A stretch of DNA of 64,000 nucleotides from Candidatus Uhrbacteria bacterium CG10_big_fil_rev_8_21_14_0_10_48_16 (GTDB taxonomy: Bacteria; Patescibacteriota; Patescibacteriia; UBA9934; GWF2-40-263). Of this stretch, positions 9,755 through 20,073 are shown one piece after another. Where the stretch lies: positions 32,203-96,202 of the forward strand of contig PFEU01000018.1 of the NCBI GenBank assembly GCA_002793515.1, read 5' to 3'. The position numbers and the translations under genes were made by a program. Every line of letters begins with the position of its first letter. Positions within the stretch are counted from its first letter, which is position 1. The notes beneath the pieces are model-generated. The model saw only the letters and a list, made by a program, of their open reading frames with translations, was not told the origin of the DNA and did no database searches.

Positions 9755-10141
9755 TTAGGTCTTTGTAAGAGTTCGACGTCCACTACCAGTTGTTTTACGG
9801 ACATTTCCACGAACCGTTCGTGAATTGGATTTAGTTCGTTGACCTCGAGATGGCAACCCTTTTGTATGTCGAGACCCACGATAAGAAGAAATTTCCTTTA
9901 AGCGCTTAATGCTGGATGTTTTATCTCTACGCAAATCCCCTTCGAGTCGATAATTTTTCTCAAGGATTGTTCGTAGACTGTTTACTTGATCATCTGAAAG
10001 ATCCTTTGTCCGAATCGTTTCATCAATACCGGCTTCTTTGAGAACCTTTTTTGATGTGGTCAGACCGACACCAAAAACATAGGTCAAAGCAATGACGATG
10101 TGTTTATCCATTGGAATGTTGACTCCTGCAATACGTGCCAT
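9755..10141 (-). CDS. rpsM: 30S ribosomal protein S13
   Basis: [27 protein letters not shown]. Confidence 0.98.
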   Translation of the reverse strand: MARIAGVNIPMDKHIVIALTYVFGVGLTTSKKVLKEAGIDETIRTKDLSDDQVNSLRTILEKNYRLEGDLRRDKTSSIKRLKEISSYRGSRHTKGLPSRGQRTKSNSRTVRGNVRKTTGSGRRTLTKT

Positions 10142-10146
10142 ATGTT

Positions 10147-10260
10147 TTACCCTTGTCGTTGTTTATGACGTGGATTTTTACAAATAACAACGACACGGCC
10201 TTCGCGTCGAAGAACTTTGCAATCGCGACAAATTTTCTTTGCTGATGATCGTACTTTCAT
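10147..10260 (-). CDS. rpmJ: 50S ribosomal protein L36 (absent from the ORF track)
   Basis: Manual translation [37 protein letters not shown]. Confidence 0.97.
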   Translation of the reverse strand: MKVRSSAKKICRDCKVLRREGRVVVICKNPRHKQRQG

Positions 10261-10266
10261 AATCAT

Positions 10267-10295
10267 AAACGTCATCGAAACGATCGATGACGTTT
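10267..10295. terminator. Hairpin between infA and rpmJ
   Basis: 12-bp inverted repeat AAACGTCATCGA/TCGATGACGTTT. Confidence 0.55.
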
Positions 10296-10296
10296 G

Positions 10297-10518
10297 CTAA
10301 AATCGATAAACGACACGACCCTTTGTAAGGTCGTATGGACTGATCTCAACCTTCACGTCATCGCCTGGAAGAATTCTGATACGAAACTTTCGCATTTTTC
10401 CAGACAAGTGACCTGTGATGATCTGTCCGTTTTCTAGTTTTATTTTGAACTTTGCGGCAGGTAGAAGCTCTTCTACCGAGCCCCGCATCTCAATGAAATC
10501 TTTTGTCGTCTTTGCCAT
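10297..10518 (-). CDS. infA: Translation initiation factor IF-1
   Basis: [29 protein letters not shown]. Confidence 0.98.
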   Translation of the reverse strand: MAKTTKDFIEMRGSVEELLPAAKFKIKLENGQIITGHLSGKMRKFRIRILPGDDVKVEISPYDLTKGRVVYRF

Positions 10519-10673
10519 AGTGAAATAACGACAGAATTCTAGCATCAATTGCCAGAATCGGCAAGAAATAGTGGAGATTTAAGGCGCCGGTATTGTACTG
10601 ATGCGAGCCTTTGTTGTCAAGAATCTCTCCGTGGATAAATAAAAGGACGAAATTCCTTTTAGTTTAGCCAAAT

Positions 10674-12551
10674 TTATTCCAAAACCGCTTTAATTCTTCT
10701 AACCCCACTTGATGCTGATTCTTCTTTTGAAATCTTAAAGTGACCCAAAATACCGGTATGCTCTACATGCGGACCACCACAAACTTCTTTGCTATAAGAA
10801 CCACCCGTTGCTTCATCCCCAATAAAATACACTTTGATCTGATCTCCGAGCTCTGAATATTTATCCTCAAATAACCCGATTGCCCCTCGTTCTTTTGCTT
10901 GTTCAAGCGAAAGCATTTCAAAATGCACTAATAAATCCTTTTCAATTTGCTGATTCACAAGATCTTCAACAGCTTGAATTTGTTCCTGCGTCATCTTCTC
11001 AGCGTGTGAAAAATCAAAACGCAAGCGATCTGAGGTGATGTTTGAACCTTTCTGCTCTACATGCTCCCCTAGTACAGTGCGAAGAGCCTGATGAAGCATA
11101 TGGGTTGCGGTATGAAGTTTTACGGTCGCATCAGAATGATCCGCAAGACCACCAGCAAACTTTTGTGTAGAACCAGACCGAGAGAGGTCTTGATGCTTTC
11201 GAAACTCTTCCATGAAGATCGTTCGATCAACATGCTGACCTTGTTCTTCTGCCATTTCTTCACTCAGCTCTATAGGAAATCCATACGTTGAGTAAAGAAT
11301 AAACGCATCTTCTCCAGAAATCTTTCCTTTTTGTGAGAACATCTTTTCAAATTCACGTTCTCCTTTTAGAAGCGTTTTTGAGAACTTCTCCTCCTCGCGT
11401 GCGAGCTCTTCGAGAATTCGATCTTCTTTTTGCTTCAAATGAACATAATCCTTCTGGTACTCCCTTATATATAAACTCCCTATCTCAGAAACAAAGGCCG
11501 TATCGATCCCGAGTTTTTTTCCAAATCGGACGGCACGCCGAATTAAACGACGAACAAAATATCCTTGATCCTTATTCGAAGGGAAGACATCATCTCCAAT
11601 GAGAAACGTGGCCGCACACACATGATCAAGAATCACTCGCATCGAACGGGTAATCTCAGGACTTGATTCATAGGATGCGGATGAGAGGCTCTCAAGAGCC
11701 TCTTTTGCCGTTTGAAACGCATCGACCGCAAAAATATCTGGATTCCCATTGAGCGCAGCAGCGATACGGATAAGTCCTCCTCCAAAATCAACATTTTTCT
11801 GCGGAAGCCGTTCAAAACCATCTTCTGTCTTCTTATACTCCATGAAAACATTATTCCCGATCTCTAAAAATCTCCCACAGTCACAATTTACATGACAAGG
11901 AAGGTCTTTGAACTCAGAACGTTCATGTATACCTAAATCCATTCCAAAATCCCAAAACATCTCCGAATCAGGACCACCAGGCTCTCCCACAGGCATCTTG
12001 TCTGGAGTTCCGGAACGAGACCACCAATTCTTTGTCTCATCGTAGTAAAAGATTCGTCCGCCCTGCATCCCGTCACGCTCAGAAAAATCCACATCCAATG
12101 CCTCTATTCCCACATCGGAAAAAACCTTTTTCCAAATTCCTACAGCTTCTTCGTCTTTTGAAATCTGTGCATTCCCTCGGAATACAGTCACGTATAAATT
12201 TTGTGGATCTAATCCAATCGTTTGAGTCAAAAACTCAAACATCCATGGAATTTGTTCCTCCTTGAAGTAATCTCCAAGCGACCAATTTCCAAGCATCTCA
12301 AAAAATGTCGTGTGTCGATTATCTCCAACCTCCTCAATATCCTGAGAGCGAAAGCACTTCTGTGAATCGGCAAGTCTCACACCTTGTGGATGTGCTTCAC
12401 CAAGGAGATACGGAACCATTGGTTGCATTCCAGATCCGGTAAAAAGTGTTGTTGGATCATTCTCAGGAAGAAGCGAGGCAGATGGAATCACAACATGCCC
12501 ACGCTCCTCAAAGAATTTCAGGTATTTCGTTCGAATTTCGTGTATCGTCAT
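10674..12551 (-). CDS. alaS: Alanine--tRNA ligase (short form, no C-Ala domain)
   Basis: DPTTLFT..GM, RHTTFFEMLGNWS, HTATH, CGGPHV, GVRRIKA at the C-end. Confidence 0.96.
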   Translation of the reverse strand: MTIHEIRTKYLKFFEERGHVVIPSASLLPENDPTTLFTGSGMQPMVPYLLGEAHPQGVRLADSQKCFRSQDIEEVGDNRHTTFFEMLGNWSLGDYFKEEQIPWMFEFLTQTIGLDPQNLYVTVFRGNAQISKDEEAVGIWKKVFSDVGIEALDVDFSERDGMQGGRIFYYDETKNWWSRSGTPDKMPVGEPGGPDSEMFWDFGMDLGIHERSEFKDLPCHVNCDCGRFLEIGNNVFMEYKKTEDGFERLPQKNVDFGGGLIRIAAALNGNPDIFAVDAFQTAKEALESLSSASYESSPEITRSMRVILDHVCAATFLIGDDVFPSNKDQGYFVRRLIRRAVRFGKKLGIDTAFVSEIGSLYIREYQKDYVHLKQKEDRILEELAREEEKFSKTLLKGEREFEKMFSQKGKISGEDAFILYSTYGFPIELSEEMAEEQGQHVDRTIFMEEFRKHQDLSRSGSTQKFAGGLADHSDATVKLHTATHMLHQALRTVLGEHVEQKGSNITSDRLRFDFSHAEKMTQEQIQAVEDLVNQQIEKDLLVHFEMLSLEQAKERGAIGLFEDKYSELGDQIKVYFIGDEATGGSYSKEVCGGPHVEHTGILGHFKISKEESASSGVRRIKAVLE

Positions 12552-12591
12552 AGCAGTACGCATTCTACAAAAGGGTTGATATCACGTCCAA

Positions 12592-14199
12592 TTAATTATC
12601 GGGTATGACTTCCTGAGGAGAAGACTGACGCATGGTACTGCGTTTAAAGCCTGCAAAGAACTTCGATTGTTCCTCTATACGCAACATCCAACCCATAAAC
12701 ACATAGACGAGCAAGCCGGCACCTCCAGCCAAAAACCCTTGAAGAAATACTCCCATAAAACTTTCGAGCGACAGGAACGATACGACAACCGGTTTTAACA
12801 ACTGCATCACAAAACCAGAAAGCATTCCTGAAATAGCGATTTTAAATACGACTGGAAGAATCGTAGATTCATTTAGAGTCCCCATACGTTGTCTGAGTGT
12901 GATCCAAAGAAGGAGCGCATTGATTGTCGAGGCAACAGAATACGCCATAGCGAGTGCTATCACACCAAAAGCATCTTTCAATAGAAACGCACTCAGAACT
13001 CCTATTAATGCAGAAACCACCGCAACCACAAGTGGGGTAATTGTATCGTGAAGCGCATAGAAGGCTCTTGCTAAGAGAAACACGAGCGATTGTGGAATGA
13101 ACGTTAGGGCAAAGAACGCGAGTGTGTCCGCCGTCGCGATGGTTGCCACCCAATCAAAAGCTCCAGCGCCAACGACCACCCGAACGATTTGAGCCCGCAT
13201 GATAAGAAAAAGGAGCGTCATGGGAACTAACAGGTACAAAAGCTGTCGTGTCGTCCCAGCAATAACTCGGATAAATTCCTCAAAATTCTTTTTATCTGCG
13301 AGTTCAGAAAGCGTTGGGAAAACGGCAATAGCAAAGGAAACTCCAATAATACCAACGGGGAAAAACTCAATATTATACGCAAACTGAAATACGGTAAGAC
13401 TTCCAGCCACAAACGTTGAGGCAATCACGGTCAACAAGATAAACATGAGCTGATTAACCGCAATTCCTATCGTTCGAGGACCCATCAACTTGGCCATTTT
13501 CACCACATCCTTCGAGCGAAGATCAAAAACAAATCGATACCGATATTCCGTATCTTTCAATCCTACAATCTGGACGAGTAAGTGAATGAAGGCTCCTAAC
13601 ACAACCCCCCAGGCGAGACCGACTGGCCCCATGAAATCAACCAACCAGAAAGCTCCTATGATAATTCCTACATTATAAAAAATCGGAGCCAGGGCGTAGA
13701 GGAAAAACTTTTTTAGACTCTGCAAAACAGATCCATAAATCATCGAGATCGCAAGGAACACCTGACCTAAAAACATGACACGCATGAATGATGCAACGCG
13801 AACTTGCTTGAACTCTTGAAACCCAGGAGCAACAACTTCGGAAAGTGGCCCAGAAAATAAGATAAGCAATATCGAGCTGACTACGACGATTCCACCGATC
13901 AAATGCACCGTGTTATTGGCAAACGCCCACGCCTTCTCTTTTCCTAAAGGATGATTGTAATGGGAAAGAAAGATCGGAATAAAACTGGCCGATAAAGCTC
14001 CAACAACAATCAAGCTAAACAATAAATCCGGAATCTTAAATGCCGCATAATAGACATCGAGCGTATCCCCCGCCCCAAACGCCCCTGCCAGAATACGATC
14101 TCGGATAAACCCGACGATCCGACTCATAAACGAAAGGACGCCCACAATCGTTGCGGCGCCTATAATCGTCTTTGATTCTTTTTGGATAAATCTCAACAT
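12592..14199 (-). CDS. murJ: Lipid II flippase MurJ (MviN)
   Basis: SRIVGFIRD..AGAFGA, AFKIPDL, SASFIPIF, RAFYALHDTITP. Confidence 0.95.
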   Translation of the reverse strand: MLRFIQKESKTIIGAATIVGVLSFMSRIVGFIRDRILAGAFGAGDTLDVYYAAFKIPDLLFSLIVVGALSASFIPIFLSHYNHPLGKEKAWAFANNTVHLIGGIVVVSSILLILFSGPLSEVVAPGFQEFKQVRVASFMRVMFLGQVFLAISMIYGSVLQSLKKFFLYALAPIFYNVGIIIGAFWLVDFMGPVGLAWGVVLGAFIHLLVQIVGLKDTEYRYRFVFDLRSKDVVKMAKLMGPRTIGIAVNQLMFILLTVIASTFVAGSLTVFQFAYNIEFFPVGIIGVSFAIAVFPTLSELADKKNFEEFIRVIAGTTRQLLYLLVPMTLLFLIMRAQIVRVVVGAGAFDWVATIATADTLAFFALTFIPQSLVFLLARAFYALHDTITPLVVAVVSALIGVLSAFLLKDAFGVIALAMAYSVASTINALLLWITLRQRMGTLNESTILPVVFKIAISGMLSGFVMQLLKPVVVSFLSLESFMGVFLQGFLAGGAGLLVYVFMGWMLRIEEQSKFFAGFKRSTMRQSSPQEVIPDN

Positions 14200-14203
14200 G
14201 CAT

Positions 14204-15355
14204 CTATTGTCTCTTTTTCTTTCCGAGGGCAACAAAGAACCCAATCCCAACCAGTAACAGCACCACAAGAAGGGCGAGTGAAACGAGAATGATCGTATTC
14301 TCTAGGTGAAAGAATGGGACGAAAACAGTCGTTGTTTCATTTGAGACGATTCCTGCCCCATCGGTCATAGTCAATGTTACCGTATACGCACCAGAAGAAT
14401 TGTAGGTGTGCTGAACAGACGACTTTGAAGAAGTCACACCATCTCCAAAATCCCACACATAAACCATGGACGTATCTAGTACGGAGAGAACATCAAACGT
14501 GAATGTATTCCAATCATCCTGCCCGTATCTGAAAATCGCATTTGGTGAGATATGGATTTCCTCTAAGACAAGGGCTTCTTTTTCTTCAGGAACATTTGCC
14601 TCTACACGTTCTGGCTCGGATGAACTTTCTTTGATTGATTTTGCGACCTCCTCAACAATCCTTTTAAACGCGTCCGTGCTTGGGACTTCGGCTTTCGCCT
14701 GCTCCGGTGAATCTTCCGTCGTCACTTCAATCTCCGTCCTCTGCGGATCATTTGGATAGGCATCGTCTGAATCATCAACTCCATCTCCGTCTGAATCCAC
14801 CGTTGTAGGACTTGTGTGCAATTCTGCTTCTACCTCATCAGAAATCCCATCATTATCATCATCAGGATCACACGCATCCCCTTGGCCGTCCCCATCTGTA
14901 TCAAGTTGAGAAGCATTTGAAACAGAAATACAATTATCCTCATCATTCGCAACTCCATCTCGATCATCATCTATGATCGGATAGAGAATTTGTGTCACGG
15001 CGGAATCGTTCGCCATATTAACATCCGTCGGATCCGTCCCTCGAATCATGGCGAGGATATTAAACTTACTGGATGGAACAATAAAATCAACATAAACCTC
15101 TTCAGGATTTCCATCCTTGAGAAGTGATATGACCACCGGGTCATCAAGAAGCGTTGCTCCCTGATAGAACGAAACGTATCCGGAAACATCTTCATCTCCA
15201 ACGTTATTGACGGTTGCATAAATTCGAACCTGGTCACCGGCGACCAATGGATCGTGTGAAAAAAAGATATCTGTCTGACCGATCGCAAGATCCGCTGTGG
15301 CATGAGCGGGATAAGGGAAAAAAGCGAGAGCGATAATGAAAAGGAATCGTTTCAT
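14204..15355 (-). CDS. Surface protein: signal peptide, CARDB-like Ig domain, TSP type-3 Ca-binding repeats, PKD domain, C-terminal TM anchor
   Basis: AHA signal cleavage; DRDGVANDEDNC, DTDGDGQGDACD, DSDGDGVDD; WDFGDG..HTY..GAYTVTL; hydrophobic tail plus KKKRQ. Confidence 0.85.
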   Translation of the reverse strand: MKRFLFIIALAFFPYPAHATADLAIGQTDIFFSHDPLVAGDQVRIYATVNNVGDEDVSGYVSFYQGATLLDDPVVISLLKDGNPEEVYVDFIVPSSKFNILAMIRGTDPTDVNMANDSAVTQILYPIIDDDRDGVANDEDNCISVSNASQLDTDGDGQGDACDPDDDNDGISDEVEAELHTSPTTVDSDGDGVDDSDDAYPNDPQRTEIEVTTEDSPEQAKAEVPSTDAFKRIVEEVAKSIKESSSEPERVEANVPEEKEALVLEEIHISPNAIFRYGQDDWNTFTFDVLSVLDTSMVYVWDFGDGVTSSKSSVQHTYNSSGAYTVTLTMTDGAGIVSNETTTVFVPFFHLENTIILVSLALLVVLLLVGIGFFVALGKKKRQ

Positions 15356-15909
15356 AAAATAACGGAGTCACCAGTTTGGATCCACTGTGGCGCTGCCTCA
15401 TCTTTTGTGAGGTGAAACGCCGGAATAAAAGTAGGATGAACACGCACCACCACATGATCGAACATCATCTGCTCGCGATCCTTCACACGAAGTGAGATCA
15501 CATCATGATGAGAAATGTTGAGCTCCTTTGCCATCTGAGGAGAAAGGTGAAGATGACGAATCGGAATGATGGTACTCGCTTTTGCACGAACCTCGCCAAA
15601 GTCAGTCTTAAGGATCACGGATGCAGAACGATCAAGATCCCCTGAAATGCGCAAAGGGGCATTGACCCCAATCGCAAAGGCGTCACTTGAAGAAAGTTCA
15701 ACTTGGGTATGACTTCGCACAGGGCCTATGACACACACTTTTTCAAACGTCCCAGATGGACCATGAATCGAAACCGTTTGTTTAGCAACAAATTGATTTC
15801 TTTGATCAATCACCGTACTTGTCTCGAGATCCGTCGATTGAAAAAGGATCAGTGCATCAGCCTCAGATACATGCACGTGTCGATGCTGTACTACGATAGG
15901 AATCGTCAT
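15352..15909 (-). CDS. pduL: Phosphate acyltransferase, PduL family
   Basis: Duplicated RHVH/RHLH motifs, GPVRSHTQVELS..DA..IG..APLRISGD, FHLTKDEA. Confidence 0.88.
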   Translation of the reverse strand: MTIPIVVQHRHVHVSEADALILFQSTDLETSTVIDQRNQFVAKQTVSIHGPSGTFEKVCVIGPVRSHTQVELSSSDAFAIGVNAPLRISGDLDRSASVILKTDFGEVRAKASTIIPIRHLHLSPQMAKELNISHHDVISLRVKDREQMMFDHVVVRVHPTFIPAFHLTKDEAAPQWIQTGDSVIL

Positions 15910-15910
15910 A

Positions 15911-16828
15911 TCAACTTCGAGAACGTCTGAGAATAACAAGAACCACCAAAGCCATCCCAACAAGCCCAAACACGTAGAACAGACCTACGATCTTTGCGTC
16001 TGAAGCATAGGGAAGCCATGGAACATTCATTCCATAGAATCCTGCGATCAAGGTTGGAACCATAAGGGATGCTGAAACAACGGTAAGCAACGTCACAACC
16101 TCATTCGTGCGATGTGACAAAAGGGCTTCATTCACGTCAAAAAGTCCATCAACAATCAATTTAAGATTGTCTGCTGCCATCCAGATCGTATCCAAAATAT
16201 CTTGAACATCATCAAAATACAGTGTCATGTCGTCTGAAATAAAGCTACGCTTCATGTTCATGAGACTGGAAAGAATTGTTCGTTGAGGATCAATCACATG
16301 ACGAAGAAACAAAATGTTTCTTCGCGCATGGCCCAAATCAACGGTGATTTTCTTATCGTGTCGTTTTTCAATGGCTTGTTCGAGACGACGCACTTCTAGG
16401 GTAAGGTTCGAGACCAGAGATACAGAATCACGAAATACTTCTGCCAGAATCTTATGAAGACAAAAGGCTGTCCCGTGTCCTAAAATCGATGAACGAAATT
16501 TCGCACTTTTCTCCATGCGTTCTGCAAAAGCCTCGAGAGCTGGAATGGGGGTATGTGTAATCGTCACAAGCCCTTCTGTACTCAAAAAGACGTACAGTTC
16601 CTCTCCAAATAAGTACCCCGTCTCTGAATCGATCATCGGGATATGAAACACAAAGAAGATGTAGTGTTTGTATGGATCCATCTTTGAAATTGGGGTCTCT
16701 GCACGAATGTCCTCGTAATCAAGATGATGAAATTTAAAACGTCCTTGAAGTTCTTCAAGATCTACATCTGTGACATGACCAATGTGATGCCAGTTGAGTC
16801 CTTTTGATTCAAGAATGATTGCCCCCAT
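15911..16828 (-). CDS. corA: CorA-family Mg2+/Co2+ transporter
   Basis: FHHLDYED; PTLIAGFYGMN signature; two C-terminal TMs. Confidence 0.92.
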   Translation of the reverse strand: MGAIILESKGLNWHHIGHVTDVDLEELQGRFKFHHLDYEDIRAETPISKMDPYKHYIFFVFHIPMIDSETGYLFGEELYVFLSTEGLVTITHTPIPALEAFAERMEKSAKFRSSILGHGTAFCLHKILAEVFRDSVSLVSNLTLEVRRLEQAIEKRHDKKITVDLGHARRNILFLRHVIDPQRTILSSLMNMKRSFISDDMTLYFDDVQDILDTIWMAADNLKLIVDGLFDVNEALLSHRTNEVVTLLTVVSASLMVPTLIAGFYGMNVPWLPYASDAKIVGLFYVFGLVGMALVVLVILRRSRS

Positions 16829-16832
16829 AGAT

Positions 16833-17555
16833 TTACGTTTGTTTTTTATCCTTTGTTTTTGCGTGACCAAACGTATACCGAAACTTGTTATGTCGGATGG
16901 GACCCAAAAAGGCGAGGTGTAACTCTGCTAAGAGGTACTTGATCGCAATATTCATCCGCCCGTCACGATCTAGGCGTCGAATCGATACGGGAATTTTTGT
17001 TGAACGTAAAAATCCAAAAGTCCCGGCCTCTGAAGCACGTCTTGCATAATCATGATCCTCACAAAACAACACTGTTTCATCAAATCCTCCAATAGACTCA
17101 TGAAGGCTTCGACGCACGAGCATACAAAATCCAGGAGCGTGCGGATAAACCGAACCCCATGCCCGTGCATAGGTGTTGTACGCCTTATGTAAAAAATGAT
17201 CGATGAACTGATCAGAAAGTGGAAACACGTCACACGTCGCTAAGTCCAATTTCTTTTCCAACATCTCTCCAACCGCTTTCTCTAAAAATTCAGGATCACG
17301 AAGCTCCACATCTGCATCAAGGAATAATAGGAATTCTGTAGAAGCCTCACGTGCCCCTGCATTTCGCCCAAAGGAAATAAGTCCACCCTCTACGACCCTC
17401 GCATTAAACGAACGAGCAAGATCACGTGTGGCATCTGACGACTGCGCATCTGAAACAATAATTTCGACAGGTTGTAGTGTCTGCCTATGGATCGATGCAA
17501 GAAGTCGAGGGAGAGACTCTTCTTCGTTTTTTGTCGGAATAATGATAGTCAACAT
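16833..17555 (-). CDS. Glycosyltransferase family 2
   Basis: IIIPTKNEE, GRNAGA, LFLDAD, GGFDE..CEDHD. Confidence 0.9.
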   Translation of the reverse strand: MLTIIIPTKNEEESLPRLLASIHRQTLQPVEIIVSDAQSSDATRDLARSFNARVVEGGLISFGRNAGAREASTEFLLFLDADVELRDPEFLEKAVGEMLEKKLDLATCDVFPLSDQFIDHFLHKAYNTYARAWGSVYPHAPGFCMLVRRSLHESIGGFDETVLFCEDHDYARRASEAGTFGFLRSTKIPVSIRRLDRDGRMNIAIKYLLAELHLAFLGPIRHNKFRYTFGHAKTKDKKQT

Positions 17556-17565
17556 CGCACCTATT

Positions 17566-18015
17566 TTAGCGTGCCTTTCTTGTCAAAGCAAACAGCGCGA
17601 TCCCCGTAGCGACCGAGACGTTTAATGATTGTTTTTTTCCAGGCATGTCTATTTCGATGTACGCATCGCAGGCGTCTAAAATCTCTTGTTCGATTCCATC
17701 GACTTCATTTCCCAGGATAAGGGCGATTGGACGATCTGTGTGGAACGAATCGATTGAAACACTCCCCTTCCTGTTCTCTAATGCCACAATGACATACCCC
17801 TTCTTCGTTAATTCTGTGAGAACGTTTCGCACATCTTCTGTGTACTCCCATGGCACACGGTGTTCAGAGCCAAGGGAGACCTTTGCAATTTCTTTTCGAG
17901 GAGGAGTCCCGCTAAATCCGGTTAAATAAAGCTTTTCAATCGCAAAGACGTCGCAGGACCGGAAAATCGATCCGACGTTATGAAGCGAGCGTATATTGTG
18001 TGCAATCACGATCAT
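17566..18015 (-). CDS. SpoU/TrmH-family RNA methyltransferase
   Basis: NIRSLHNVGSIFRS, LGNEVDGI, SLNVSVA. Confidence 0.92.
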   Translation of the reverse strand: MIVIAHNIRSLHNVGSIFRSCDVFAIEKLYLTGFSGTPPRKEIAKVSLGSEHRVPWEYTEDVRNVLTELTKKGYVIVALENRKGSVSIDSFHTDRPIALILGNEVDGIEQEILDACDAYIEIDMPGKKQSLNVSVATGIALFALTRKAR

Positions 18016-18056
18016 ACCTTGAAATAAATGAGGAAAGAGCGTAGTCTTCCACCGTT

Positions 18057-19187
18057 ATGTCTATGTTGTGTCCTCACAAAGAGGTATGTGGATCCTGTTC
18101 TTGGTCCCATATCCCCTATCAAAAACAATTGAATCAGAAACTCTCTGATATCAACGGTTCTTTTGCCTTAAAAGATCTCGATTTGACGTGCCAAACCATT
18201 CTACCATCTCCGGTCACAGAACATTATCGAAACCGAATGGATTTCGTGATTGATTTCGAAGGACGGGTTGGTATGCGTGAAAAAGGAAAGTGGTGGAAGG
18301 TTATTGATGGTCACACCTGTTTCCTGGCAGATGCTTCCATTGAAAGGCTTTTTACCCACGTGCGAAGCTGGACAAAAACAGCAGGTCTCAGCTTCTACGA
18401 TCGAAAAGCGCATACAGGACTTTTACGCTACGCCGTTATTCGAGCCACACGCTCTGGCGAAACACTGATCAATATCGTCACTTCAACTCCTGCAACGGAA
18501 GAAGAAACGCTCTTCGTCCGTACAGCTCTCCAATCCCTTGCCACCGTGACAGGCGCAACAACACTCATCTGGTCACAAAATACGACCATCACCGATGTCA
18601 GTTACGGAGATATTCTTGAAACCATCTCAGGGCCAGGATACATCCAAGAAATAATCAGAGGATCAACATTTCGTATTAGCCCAAACGCCTTCTTTCAGAC
18701 CAACTCCCATGGCGCTGAACTGCTTCTAGATACCGTAGACGAATTCTGTGGCGATCTGAAAGGAAAAACCCTTCTTGATCTCTATTGTGGCTCTGGATTC
18801 TTTTCCATTGCCTTGGCCGGTCAAGCACAAAAAACGATCGGGATTGAAATGGTGGAGGAGGCCATTGCGGATGCTCGTATCAACGCAACCCTCAATCAGG
18901 TCGATGTCGCATTTCACGATGCGAAAACAGAAGATTTTGATTGGAAACAATTTCGTGCGGATGTTGTCATCCTTGATCCTCCTCGAAGTGGGATGCATGA
19001 TAAGGCACTTGCGGACATCCTTGCCACTCCTCCAAAAGAGATCGTGTACGTCTCCTGTAACTTCAAAAACTTTGCCCGAGAGATGGTACAATTACAGAGA
19101 ATCTATCACGTAGACAACATGCGAGCGATCGATATGTTCCCCCACACCCCACATGTTGAACTCGTTTCTAAACTTACTCGCAAATAA
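18057..19187 (+). CDS. rlmD: 23S rRNA (uracil-5)-methyltransferase RlmD/RumA family, no TRAM domain
   Basis: CPH..CGSC, FFQTN, DLYCGSG, DPPRSG, YVSCN, DMFPHTPHVE. Confidence 0.88.
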   Translation: MSMLCPHKEVCGSCSWSHIPYQKQLNQKLSDINGSFALKDLDLTCQTILPSPVTEHYRNRMDFVIDFEGRVGMREKGKWWKVIDGHTCFLADASIERLFTHVRSWTKTAGLSFYDRKAHTGLLRYAVIRATRSGETLINIVTSTPATEEETLFVRTALQSLATVTGATTLIWSQNTTITDVSYGDILETISGPGYIQEIIRGSTFRISPNAFFQTNSHGAELLLDTVDEFCGDLKGKTLLDLYCGSGFFSIALAGQAQKTIGIEMVEEAIADARINATLNQVDVAFHDAKTEDFDWKQFRADVVILDPPRSGMHDKALADILATPPKEIVYVSCNFKNFAREMVQLQRIYHVDNMRAIDMFPHTPHVELVSKLTRK

Positions 19188-19191
19188 TCGT

Positions 19192-20043
19192 ATGCCTAAA
19201 TCTGGATTCGTCGTCATGATTGGTCGTTCAAATGTTGGGAAATCAACATTAATGAACTCCATCGTAGGTTCAAAAATCGCCATCACGACCCCAAAGCCTC
19301 AAACCACACGACTTCCCATTCAAGGGATCGTGACACGTGACAAAGGTCAGATGGTGTTTGTTGATACTCCTGGAATTCTAAAAGGTGCAAAGGACATGCT
19401 CTCAAAACGTCTTGCAGATTCCGTGCGCGCATCGCTTGAGGATGTGGATGTTATTGCCTACATTGTCGATCCAACGCGAGAAATTGGCCAAGAGGAACGA
19501 GAGGTCATGCGTATGATTGAATCCATTGATAAGCCGAAGGTTCTCGTCATTAACAAAATCGATCTCGAACACAAACCGTTTATCGACTTTTACCGCGATC
19601 TCTCAGAAAACTATACAGCGACCATTGAAGTATCCGCTCTCAGAGGAACCCATGTTCACACACTCATTGACAAATTTTATGAGTTTCTTCCAGAAGGTGT
19701 GTATTACTACCCTGAACATCAACTCACAAACATGCCCAACAAGACATGGTTGGCGGAATTGATCCGTGAAAAGTTGTTTCTACGCTTGCGCCAGGAGCTT
19801 CCCTACACCACACATGTCGAAGTGACGGAAGTCGAAGAGCGGGAAAACGGGATGATGTATGTTGCGGGAACCATCTTTACCACCGAAGAACGTTATAAGA
19901 GCATGATTATTGGTAAGGGTGGCCGAGGCATTCGTGAGATTGGACAATCCACCAGAAAAGAACTTGAAGCGGTGATGGGAACAAAGGTGTTTCTCGACCT
20001 CACGGTGGAAGTAGATGCCTATTGGATGAACCGATTCGAATAA
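19192..20043 (+). CDS. era: GTPase Era
   Basis: GRSNVGKST, PQTTR, DTPG, NKID, KH-domain IIGKGG. Confidence 0.97.
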   Translation: MPKSGFVVMIGRSNVGKSTLMNSIVGSKIAITTPKPQTTRLPIQGIVTRDKGQMVFVDTPGILKGAKDMLSKRLADSVRASLEDVDVIAYIVDPTREIGQEEREVMRMIESIDKPKVLVINKIDLEHKPFIDFYRDLSENYTATIEVSALRGTHVHTLIDKFYEFLPEGVYYYPEHQLTNMPNKTWLAELIREKLFLRLRQELPYTTHVEVTEVEERENGMMYVAGTIFTTEERYKSMIIGKGGRGIREIGQSTRKELEAVMGTKVFLDLTVEVDAYWMNRFE

Positions 20044-20073
20044 GATGACGAAAAGGCCCTAAGAAAAAACGAG

